In this document: positions 13,828 to 24,648 of the stretch, piece by piece | How positions within the stretch are numbered: position 1 is the stretch's first letter | Layout: each line of letters starts with the position of its first letter | The notes under the pieces: model-generated | The model's input: only the letters and a program-made list of their open reading frames with translations | Database searches by the model: none | Told to the model about the DNA's origin: nothing | Source of the DNA: Octopus vulgaris | Taxonomy: Eukaryota | Direction: 5' to 3' | Length of the DNA: 64,000 nt | NCBI GenBank assembly: GCA_951406725.2 | Contig: OX597840.1 | Span: 35,030,001-35,094,000 of the forward strand | Position numbers and translations under genes: made by a program

Positions 13828-14253
13828 GTCTGTCCTTGTTTGTCCCCTCTATGTTTGGCCCCCCTTGTGGGTAGTAAAGAAATAGGTATTTCGTCTGCCG
13901 TTACGTTCTGAGTTCAAACTCCGCCGAGGTCGACTTTGCCTTTCATCCTTTCGGGGGTAGATTAAATAAAAGTACCAGTTTCGCACTGGAGTCGATGTAA
14001 TCGGCTTAATCCCTTTGTCTGTCCTTGTTTGTCCCCTCTGTGTTTAGCCCCTTGTGGGTAGTAAATAAATAGGGAATAGGTATTTCGTCTGCCGTTACGT
14101 TCTGAGTTCAAACTCCGCCGAGGCCGACTTTGCCTTTCATCCTTTCGGGGTAGATTAAATAAAAGTACCAGTTTCGCACTGGGGTCGATGTAATCGACTT
14201 AATCCCTTTGTTTGTCCTTTCTATGTTTAGCCCCTTGTTGGCAATAAAGAAAT
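13828..14253 (+). mobile_element. SINE family B headless body multimer
   Basis: A partial body plus two full bodies, joined by GAAATA|GGTATTTCGTC-type junctions near 13884 and 14078. Confidence 0.85.
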
Positions 14254-14830
14254 ATATACTACTTGGAGCAGTGTACATCAAGGCCATAGCTATCAAACGT
14301 CGGTGCTTTTTAGAAGGTTTGCTGCTGTTTCCGGCAGGTTCAACGACCTCATAGAGGCTTCTTTTGTTGTCTCCTCTATGTAAAGTAAAGCTGCTAAGCC
14401 CGCCTTACTCCTAGCTTACTCACCCTTGATTTAAAAACACGTGTGACACTATTACATAGCGAGTACCTTATGTTGTACGTATGTGTGTTTGTTTGTGTCA
14501 CGTCGCTCCAGTTCCACTCAGCTGTAGAAATGAGATTCGACGTCAGCGGTGCCAAGTTGTATCGGCCTTTGTTTCTTTACCCTTCGAATAACATCGGTGG
14601 CGTGGAGATGTTGTTAGGCTGGTATGCATGGGTGACCGCTGGTCTTCCATGAACAACCTTGCCTGTACTTGTTGCCTCGGAGGGGAAACCCTCTAGGTGC
14701 AATCCCATGGTCATTTTTGACCAATGGAGGGTCCACAAAAATATGTGGATATATATATATGTCAGTATGCCATTTATGTGTTTATATATGTATGTATACA
14801 CACACACATATACACATATATATATGTATA

Positions 14831-15334
14831 CAGGGTGATTCCAAAGTCGCCATACATAGGAACAATTTATCTTTTTTATTTTTATTTAACAGGCGCAGGA
14901 GTGGCTGTGTGGTAAGTAGCTTGCTTACCAACCACATGGTTCCGGGTTCAGTCCCACTGCGTGGCATCTTGGGCAAGTGTCTTCTACTATAGCCCCGGGC
15001 CGACCAATGCCTTGTGAGTGGATTTGGTAAACGGAAACTGAAAGAAGCCCGTCGTATATATTTGTGTGTATATATATATGTGTGTGTATATGTTTGTGTG
15101 TCTGTTTGTCCCCCCAACATTGCTTGACAACCGATGCTGGTGTGTTTACGTCCCCGTTACTTAGCGGTTCGACAAAAGAGACCGATAGAATAAGTCCTGG
15201 GGTCGATTTGCTCGACTAAAGGTGGTGCTCCAGCATGGCCACAGTCAAATGACTGAAACAAGTAAAAGAGTAAACTGTCACTTATAAAATAAAAAAAAAA
15301 ATTTCCGTTGTATGGAGACTTTTGAATCACCCTA
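14831..15334. mobile_element. Tc1/mariner-type MITE with a nested SINE A (14891-15272, +)
   Basis: TIRs CAGGGTGATTCCAAAGTCGCCATAC / GTATGGAGACTTTTGAATCACCCT in a TA context, with the SINE inserted in the AT-rich middle. Confidence 0.75.
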
Positions 15335-15546
15335 TATATAAATATATATATATATATGTATATGTACATATACAGGTCGTTGTCGACTTATGACTGGTCA
15401 ACTTTGCAATGATTTGCGCACCAGCTCATGGCAGCTATAATAAATAGCCCAGTTGAATCTAATGAGTTTAATTTCTTAGAAATTAACCCTCTGCTTCCTA
15501 GGTTTGGTTATCGATCACCACTGTAGTTATCTCTTTATGTCTGTGC

Positions 15547-15584
<38 letters not shown>

Positions 15585-15704
15585 AAAAGCAATAAAGATT
15601 CAAGTTAATTTAAATGAATTTACTTGAATATGGTACCTAACTTAGATGCACCAAAACAAAAACTATACTGATTTAACAATACAGTAATGTGGGGTGATTA
15701 TAAT

Positions 15705-15835
15705 CGAGAAAGAAGCAACAAGAATGGATAGGTTTTTAGTACAATCGTTTCATACAAGGACAGGCTTTATTAAAAGTTGTCCTTGTATGAAACGATTGTA
15801 CTAAAAACCTATCCATTCTTGTTGCTTCTTTCTCG
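15705..15835. repeat. Perfect 58-bp inverted repeat (fold-back) with 15-nt spacer
   Basis: 15705-15762 is the exact reverse complement of 15778-15835. The surrounding element is homologous in reverse to 21620-21765. Confidence 0.95.
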
Positions 15836-15929
15836 CGTATATATATATATATATATTTTTGTTGATCTAAGTGGTGAGGCAGAAATGGATGTCTGCTTAG
15901 TATGACTTTGAAGTATTGAATAGTACAGA

Positions 15930-16250
15930 CTTAAAGCTACACAAGGAGCACTCCGTCGGTTACGACGACGAGGGTCCCAGCTGATACAATCAACGGAACA
16001 GCTTGCTTGTGAAATTAACATGCAAGTGGCTGAGTATTCCACAGACACGTGTACCCGTAATGTAGTTCTCAGGGAGATTCAGCGTGACACAGAGTGTGAC
16101 AAGGCCGGCCCTTTGAAATACAGGTACAACTCAGTTTTGCCAGCTGAGTGGACTGGAGCAACGTGAAATAAAGTGTCTTGCTCAAGGACACGCTTCACCA
16201 GGAATTGAACTCACAATCTTACGATCATGAGCCGAATGCTCTAACCATGT
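15930..16250 (-). mobile_element. tRNA-derived SINE (further family)
   Basis: Minus-strand box B-like GAGTTCAATTCC followed by GTGTCCTTGAGCAAGACACTT and GCTCCAGTCCACTCAGCTGGCAAAA, shared with the 19760-20024 element. Confidence 0.7.
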
Positions 16251-17598
16251 TCACATACATACGCACACATATATAACCTTAATCTTGGCCTTAAGCTGAA
16301 TAGTAAACCTTGTATTACTGAAGCAGTGTCATAATTTTTATTGTCCATGTTCCATGCTGGTATGGATTGGACATTTTGATAGAATCTGGTGGGTCAAAGA
16401 CTGCATTGTATTTGATGGTTTCCATGGCTAAATGCTCAACCTGATATTAACCATTTTACAGCATGTTCTGGGTGATTTTTCTTTTTCATGCCACTTAACA
16501 CTAATGCGGTTGCTATGCTGCATGCAAGACTGCAAACCCTGAGGAGGCAAGTTTATAATTGGAGATGAGGGGTTAAATTATGAGAGAAGGGGGCCAGGGT
16601 AGAACAGGCTTCTGGGTGTAGAGGAAGTTACATGGCAAGGAACAGTTTTGAAGAGAGGAAGCGGGTGTCATTGGGTGGAGCTGAAAAGAGATAACGATAG
16701 TGGTAATGAGGTGTCTGGGTGTCCCTTCAAAGCATAAGGTGAATACGAGTGGGGCCGAGGGTGGGTGGGAGGTGGAAAGGAGAATTGGAGAATGATGGAG
16801 GGGAGGGAGGTGACAGCTGTAAAGATTGGGCAGGGTTGAAAGGGTGGATGTAGTGAGTAGTGAATGATCAATGATGCCCCTGAGGTGGTGGGGTGGGGTG
16901 TGAACGTAGGTGATGAATTACAGGGCCAGCAGCAGAATGGGAACGATGATAGAGTAGACAGGAGAAGTACCAGAGAGAGAGAGGAGAGGAGGCAGGTATG
17001 TGATTGGGTAGGTTGCAGGAGTGTCTGCGTGTGTGCATGGTGGGGGTGGGGGTAGGCCTAGAACCTGAGGAGAATGAGAAATGTAGGGTAATAGAAGGGG
17101 AGATTACATTTTTTCCTTGTGTTTGTATGCACAAACATGTATTCAGTTTCACTTCCCACCTCGCACACACACATACACACACACAAAAGCTAACCCCTTA
17201 AGGAGGATGATACTCTGTTCTTCTCATAGAGAACTTCTTTTCCTTGTGTGTGTATGCACAGGCATAAATTCACTCACGCATACTCACATGCATCCCTCAG
17301 ATATTCTGAAAATATTTCCAGTCAAAGCCCAAATCCCCAGTGAGTCACGGAAGGACGACTTCAAAACAGCTGACAATGAAGCAGAGGCTGAGGTAGTCGC
17401 AGGAATTTTTGTGGTGTGCATCCAAAGTTAGAGTTGTTTGCAGTTATGATCAATACAGGTCACAGGGTTATGAACTATGGAGTACATTTTCAGGCTAGGG
17501 CACTGCCTTGAATGGTTTAGCCAGACAACATTGCCCCTGGATACTTTTTTTTTTGTTTTTTTAAGTCTGGCATTTAAGTTGGTTTCTTTTGTTGAAAC

Positions 17599-18297
17599 CA
17601 GGATTGTGGAGTCAGAGTCGTAGAGTTGGAGTCAGAAGCAATTAATGGGTAGCTGGAGTCAGTAAAACTATACCAGCTCTGACTCACAATTCTTTAATAT
17701 AAACCGGTTATAACATATAGGCCGACTCAAAGTACAAGAGTATTCATATGCTTTGTGATATATATATATACTCTCTTTACTCTTTCACTTGTTTCAGTCA
17801 TTTGGCTGCGGCCATGCTGGAGCACCGCCTTTAATCGAGCAACTCGACCCCGGGACTTATTCTTTTGTAAGCCCAGTACTTATTCTATCGGTCTCTTTTG
17901 CTGAACCACTAAGTGACGGGGACATAAACAAACCAGCATCGGTTGTCAAGCAATGCTAGGGGGACAAACACACAAACACACACACACATATATATATATA
18001 TACACATATATACGATGTGCTTCTTTCAGTTTCCGTCTACCAAATCCACTCACAAGGCTTTGATTGTCTCGAGGCTTATAGTAGAAGACACTTGCCCAAG
18101 GTGCCACGCAGTGGGACTGAATCCGGAACCATGTGGTTGGTAAACAAGCTACTTACCACACAGCCACTCCTAGGGATGTATAGATCACAATCACTTAATT
18201 ACATAAACAGGAGTCGGATCCAGAGTCAGGGGTGCGAATAGTACAGGAGTCGGAGTTAGTTGGAGTCGAAGATTTTTGTTTTCACTTTACAGCCCAG
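17599..18297. mobile_element. hAT-like MITE with GGAGTC subterminal repeats, carrying a nested SINE A (17772-18171, -)
   Basis: Exact 8-bp TSD GTTGAAAC at 17591-17598 and 18298-18305. The ends CAGGATTGT / ACAGCCCAG are imperfect TIRs, and GGAGTC is repeated near both ends. Confidence 0.75.
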
Positions 18298-19759
18298 GTT
18301 GAAACGCTAAGTTTTGGGGATATAAACAAACCAACTTTGGTTGTGAGGCAGAGGGAGTGTGGTGCAACAAACATAGAAAAGCATACACACACATGCATGA
18401 CACAACTTGGATTTGAACACTCGCTACATTACATCTACGATGGACTCACCTGTCAAAGACCTATGAGCGCTCAGCCGTTGCCAAATCAGCTCATGCCCTC
18501 CATCAAATCGATGTTGTCTTAAAAGGTGTCACAGTGTGCCATGCGTCAGATGCCAAAGTGATTGCAGAGCAACGCGAGATGAAGTGTTTTGCTCAAGAGC
18601 ACAATGCACCCCCCAGTTTAGGAATTGAAACCACAATATTGTGATTGCGAGTACAACACCCTTACCACTAGATAAGGGTGTTGTATTTTCATCCTTTCAT
18701 CCTTTCGGGGTCGATAAATTAAGTACCAGTTACGCACTGGGATCGATATAATTGACTTAATCCGTTTGTCTGTCCTTGTTTGTCCCCTCTGTGTTTAGCC
18801 CCTTGTGGGTAGTAAAGAAACAGATATATGAACAACTGGGACCCTCTCTCAATTTCTTCCTCAAGCCATCCCCCACCTCCATCTCTCTATCACCAACCCT
18901 TCCATCAACCCCTTAACCGCAGTCTTCTGCTAGTCTAATTAAATGGGAACAGTACTGCATAGTTTATCATCTTTTCCGCTGATACCAGTTATCTTACCCT
19001 TGATATCCACCCCTCGTTCTTAATCCCGTCTTCTTCCACTCACATTGAACTCCCTTCTCTGCCAGCAAATTATCTCTCCTTCTTCACCACCACCACCACC
19101 ACACATATCTCCCACTCTCCTGATGCCCTTCTGTGTCTGCCACTCCCCTGACACCCTTCCGTTCTACCCACCCACATATCTCTCTCTCTCTCTCTCTCTC
19201 TTGTTTTTCCCCTGCTCTGCTCTGTCTCTATTTCTGTTCTGCCTCTTTCCACCCCTTTTCTCTGCTGTCGGTCGTTATCTAGTCTCCCTTACTTCCTACC
19301 CCTGTCTACCATTCACAACATCCACCCCTCAACTCTACCCCATCTGTGCAGCAGTAATTCTCAGCCAAGGTGCATTTGGTCCCAGCGGGTTCCGTAAAAG
19401 ATTTAGTTACTTGTTAAAATATATTCTTTTATTTGTTTCAGTCATTTGACTGCAGCCATGCTGGAGCACTGCCTTTAGTCAAAGAAATCACCCTAGTACT
19501 TATTCCATCGGTCTCTTTTGCCGAACTGGTAAGTTACGGGAACCTAAATACACCAGACACACACACATACTGCAGCCTTCTTTCAGTTTCCGTCTACCAA
19601 ATCCACTCACAAGGCTTTGGTTTGCCTGAGGCTATGGTAGAATACACTTGCCCAAGGTGCCATGCAGTGGGACTGAACCTGGAACCATGTGGTTGGGAAG
19701 CAAAATCATCTTACTACACAGCCATGCCTGTGCAATAAATTGGTTACAATTCTGCAATA

Positions 19760-20024
19760 AAAAAAATAATAAATGCGCCCTTTTAAAGCCTAGCTAGGCT
19801 CATGGGCCCGGTTTCCTAGTTTCTATGGCAAATGTGTTCCCCCCAGCTGGACAGGACGCCAGTCCATCACAGCGTTATTCATTTTTGCCAGCTGAGTGGA
19901 CTGGAGCAACGTGAAATGAAGTGTTTTGCTCAAGGACACAACGCGTAACCCGGTCGAGGAATCGAAACCACATTCTTACGATCATGGTACTGACACCCTA
20001 ACCACTAAGCCACGCGCCTCCACA
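19760..20024 (-). mobile_element. tRNA-derived SINE family C (CORE-like plus V-domain-like)
   Basis: Box A TGGCTTAGTGG, box B GTTTCGATTCC, GTCCTTGAGCAAAACACTT, and GCTGTGATGGACTGGCGTCCTGTCCAG. The 14-bp TSD ACAATTCT(G/A)CAATA lies at 19746-19759 and 20025-20038. Confidence 0.85.
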
Positions 20025-20986
20025 ACAATTCTACAATACTCAAAATATTTTAGCATTTTTAAAAAATCCAAATCCAAATAGCATTTAATCATAAAAATAT
20101 AAGACAATTTCTTAGACCTCAAAGGGCTGTGGAGGGTCCAAGAGAATAAAATGGTAATCGAAGGGGTCTACAGGTAAAAAAAATGGCTGAGAATCTCTGC
20201 TTTACAGTCATCACCTTCTCCTTTGTACCTTCCCTCTAATGTATATTTGTCATTTATCAGCGCAGGAGTGGCTGTGTGTTAAGTAGCTTGCTTACCAACC
20301 ACATGGTTCTGGGTTCAGTCCCACTGAGTGGCATCTTGAGCAAGTGACTTCTACTATAGCCTCCATAGAACCCATACCACAGCCGGCAATGGAACCAGGT
20401 ACAGCTCTCGGCCCTACCAGCTCCAAGATGCCACATACAAAGCATCTGGTCCACTCTGTAAAGTGGTTGGCATTAGGAAGGGCATCCAACCATAGAACCC
20501 ATGCCAAAGCAAACAATAGAGCTTGATGTGGCCTTCAAACTCATAAGATCCTGTCAAACCCTCAGCCCATGGTAGTATGGAAGATGGACATTAGAAGATG
20601 TCATCCCAGAACTAGAGAAGGGCTGAGGTGACAGTGATTCACAAGAGCAGACGAAGATGCGATTCTGGTAATTCTGAACCAGAAAGTTTAACAATGTTTT
20701 AGTGATAACTAATCGAAGCAGATGAACCGTGTGTCAACAGATTAATGGATTCTCTCGTTACTTCAACAAAGGGGACTTCAGCAGGGCCCAGTGACACAGT
20801 GGAGGGCTGTAGAAAGCAGCCATCACCCTGTGGTTGTCTGTGTGTGCAGGGTCAAGCTAGAAACTTCCAGCAGCATCCTCTACCTGTCCTCATTGCCCCT
20901 TTCTCTATTATCTCTGAACTTAAGAAGGAAGTCTAGTGCAACAAGTACTACTAGCCCATACACACACACACCCACACACACACACA

Positions 20987-21430
20987 CATCATCATCATCA
21001 TCGTTTAACGTCCGTTTTCCATGCTGTCATGGGTTGGACAGTTTGACTGGGGTCTGGGAAGCCAGGAGGCTGCACCAGGCCCAGTCTGATCTGGCAATGT
21101 TTCTACAGCTGGATGCCCTTCCTAACGCCAACCACTCCGCGAGTGTAGTGGGTGCTTTTTACATGCCACCGGCACAGGTGCCAGGCGAGGCTGGCAACGG
21201 CCACGATCGGTTGGTGCTTTTTACGTGCCACCAGCACTGGTATCACAACTACAATTTCCATTGATTTTTGATCGATTTTGATTTTCACTTGCCTCAACAG
21301 GTCTTTGCAAGCAGAGTTTTGTGTCCCAAGAAGGAAAGGTATGCATGAGTGGACTGGCTACATCCTAGGTAAAGGCCACGGGTTATGGTCTCACTTGTCC
21401 TGCCGGGTCTTCTCACACACAGCATACTTC
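20987..21430 (-). mobile_element. RTE-type non-autonomous retroelement with (GAT)n tail (family D)
   Basis: The minus strand has GTGGTTGGCGTTAGGAAGGGCATCCAGCTGTAGAAA and ends GGACGTTAAAC(GAT)n. Further copies lie at about 29289-29740, 32333-32447, 40810-41089, 50073-50310, 54165-54376 and 63411-63632. The RTE link is inferred from the tail and motif. Confidence 0.75.
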
Positions 21431-21763
21431 CAGCACACACACACACACACACATATATATAATCATCATCATCATCATCATCATTTAGCATCTGTTTTCT
21501 ATGCTGGTATGGGTTAGACAGTTTAACTAGGACTGGTAATCCAGAGAACCACACTACGCTCCAGTCTGATTTGGCTTGGTTTCTATGGCTGGATATCCTT
21601 CATATATATAATGATGTAGTACGAAACGATCGTACCAAATTACCGGAGTCATTCTTGTTGCTTATTTTGATTATAATCACCCCACGGATTTTTATGGATA
21701 ACACCATACAGAATTCTGGTGCATCTAAATTAAGTACCATATTCATTTGAATCTAAATTTTTG

Positions 21764-21813
<50 letters not shown>

Positions 21814-21815
<2 letters not shown>

Positions 21816-21905
21816 TTATTTTATAGAAGGAGTTTACAGGACTAGAACTGTTTCATTCAAATGAAACAGTTCTAGTCCTGTAGAAGCTCCTTCTATAAAA
21901 TAAAT
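21814..21905. repeat. Near-perfect ~44-bp-arm palindrome embedded in (TA)n
   Basis: TTTTATAGAAGGAG..TACAGGACTAGAACTGTTTCATT-CA-AATGAAACAGTTCTAGTCCTGTA..CTCCTTCTATAAAA. Confidence 0.9.
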
Positions 21906-21967
21906 TAATTTACTCTATGTATTGAGTACCTTATTTACTGTGGTTAACCCCGACTCAACCCGGGACC

Positions 21968-22018
<51 letters not shown>

Positions 22019-22396
22019 CGTGAGCGACTAGGCTATCAGATGTTGTTACACATCGCTGGTCACAGTGCGCTTCGCATTGTTTTAGCCTTCAAATGACGCC
22101 ACCCCGCTGGCTAAGCAGCTGGCCAACAGAAGGAAGAGTGAGAGAAAGTTGTGGCGAAAGAAACTTTCTAAGCTTAATAAAAAGCGGAACACGCAAATCC
22201 CTAGGGACTTGTTTAAAGTGGTATAATCGCTACTATGGGACCATTCACGTTGTTGGGAACAGCTGATAGCAACAGTTGGTGCAAGTACACCACACGTGTG
22301 ATGAACAGCGGACCTAAACACGATAGCCATTGACCCTCACGAGCTCCTCTGCCCATACATGGGGCGCGAGGGGTTGTAATAATAGTCAAACCAAAC

Positions 22397-22512
22397 TTAG
22401 AAAAACTGAAGAACCGCTGCAATAGTCTGCGAGCGGAATATGTTGCTTAAAAATCATAATTAATTAATTGATCCGCTTGGATTTTCTTTAACCAGGAACT
22501 TTTCAGTTCCCC
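22397..22512 (+). mobile_element. mariner 3' end remnant
   Basis: Encodes LEKLKNRCNSLRAEYVA* (a mariner transposase C-terminal pattern), followed by TIR-like CCAGGAACTTTTCAG. Homologous to the reverse of 53765-53972. Confidence 0.6.
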
Positions 22513-22616
22513 ACCGCGTGAAAAACCGGTGTCGTTTTAAAAAGCGTAACCGCTTTTTAAAAAGTGTTGTTAAATTGCATAAATTTAATTTAAATCAATT
22601 ATAATTATCAGACAGA

Positions 22617-22647
<31 letters not shown>

Positions 22648-22713
22648 CACTGGTATTGATGTGATTGACTAAACTACGAAGAACAGTTACTGAACCAGTA
22701 TGTAGAAATTGTA

Positions 22714-23035
22714 GGTACTAATTAAGAAGAGTGGTACCGGTGCGCGCACTCGCGTTAGCTAGTCGTGACTAGTCGATCCTACAACGACTACCTAGTAAAG
22801 TAAATAAAACAAAATAAATAATTTTTTCACACAAAGTAAATGATTTTTTTTAAACTAAGAAAATAAAACACAAAAACACAAAATAAATAATTTTTTAAAA
22901 ACAAAATAAAATACAAAAACACAGTAAATCTTTTAAACAAATTATATAAAACACAAAAGCACAAAGTAAGGATCGACTAGTCACGACTAGATAGCGCAAG
23001 TGCGCGCACCGGGACCACTCTTCTTAAATAGTACC
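22714..23035. mobile_element. Mutator/MULE-like MITE
   Basis: 67-bp TIRs (22714-22780 and 22969-23035, about 5 mismatches) begin GGTACTA. An exact 9-bp TSD GAAATTGTA lies at 22705-22713 and 23036-23044. Confidence 0.88.
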
Positions 23036-24391
23036 GAAATTGTATACACACTCATTCACACACAATTTTAGTTTATATTTATATATTTTAATTTTAGTTT
23101 ATATTTTTGTCCCTTTTTTGCTGCTGCCAGGAATGGTTTAGTAATTAAACTTTAGTTGAACAGATCAACCTGAAGCAATGATGGGTGCAAACACGAACAC
23201 ATTGAGATATATATACATGTCTGTCTGTCTGTCCATCCAAACGCGCGCACTTCTACCAAACCCATTCGCAAGGCTTTGGTCGGCCCCGGGGGCAATTCTG
23301 CAGAAGACGCCCTGCAGTGGCATTGAATCAAAGACAAAGCATGTGTTATGAAGTAAGCGCTTTCTTCCCACACAACTGCGCCCGCGCTTTTTTCTTTGCC
23401 CGTTTCTTTTCTTTCTTGCTACTTGGGGGCAATGTCACGATTCAGCATCGTTTTCTTTTTCTTTGATTAATATTTTTTCCCCCTCTTGAGTACATCCGTC
23501 GACTGCATTCCATTGTTTTATTATCGGTTCCAGCCAGAGGTTGCGACCATGCTGGGGGAAAAACCGTCATTACTGTATCTGTTTCTTTACTACCCACAAG
23601 GGGCTAAACACAGAGGGGACAAACAAGGACAAAGGGATTAAGTCGATTACATCGACCTCAGTGTGTAACTGGTACTTAATTTATCGACCTCGAAACGATA
23701 ACCGGCAAAGTCGACCTCGGCGGAATTTGAACTCAGAATGTAACGGCAGACGAAATACCTATTTCTTTACTACCCACAAGGGGCTAAACAAGGACAGACA
23801 TAGGTATTAAGTCGATTACATGGGCCCCAGTGCGTAACTGGTACTTATTTTGGTCATACAGAGGGCCTAAGATCAAAAGCATTCCAGAAATGACTGTGTG
23901 GTAAGAAGTGTGCTTCCAAAGCACATGGTTCCGGGTTCAGTCTCGTTGCGTGACATTTTGGGGAAGTTTTCTGCTATAACAAAACATTGAGCAGATTTGA
24001 TAGACGGAAACTGAACGAAACCCGTCGTATATATATAATATATATATATATACACACACATACTATCGTAGCTAGGGGAGGGCGGTACTTTGAAAGGGAC
24101 ATCACTTTTGGGTCTGCTGTAGCCGATGATTTTTGTGGGGACCGGGACCGGCATACGGAAGGGTCGACCTGGGCGGCACACACCCTAGCTACGCTAGTTT
24201 ATATATGTATATATATTTATATATATCGCATTCTGACTTTGTTTATATATATATATATATTTATATATATACATGCACACACACACGTAAACCTCGAACA
24301 ATGAGAATAAGTGCTTCAACCACAGCATTGGTGGATAAAGAATACTTTTATTTGTAGATTAAACCTACCATATATATATATATATATATAC

Positions 24392-24605
24392 TGTTGTGTC
24401 TGGGGAGAGTCATTTTCATTTTGTGCCTTATAATGTAACACACTCACCGGTAAATTTTTCACTTATTTATTTTCCTAAGATTTTCGTTGCGTCCTGCAAC
24501 CTTTTTAATAGTCAAGACTATTATAAGACACACCCAGACAACAGAATATGCTTCAACACACGAACTCACATAAAGAATCTTGCAAACCAAATCCAAAGAC
24601 GAAAT
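24392..24605. mobile_element. Penelope-like terminal-repeat remnant with fold-back, flanked by (TA)n
   Basis: Homologous to 61800-62367. It carries a hammerhead-like motif on the minus strand at 24475-24513 and an inversion centre TAATAGTC-AA-GACTATTA. Confidence 0.55.
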
Positions 24606-24612
24606 ATATATA

Positions 24613-24648
<36 letters not shown>

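Noticed and set aside
19950-20024. tRNA gene
   Set aside because: Box A and box B are present, but the sequence continues into a SINE body with a TSD and there is no clean cloverleaf. The same holds for the other SINE heads.
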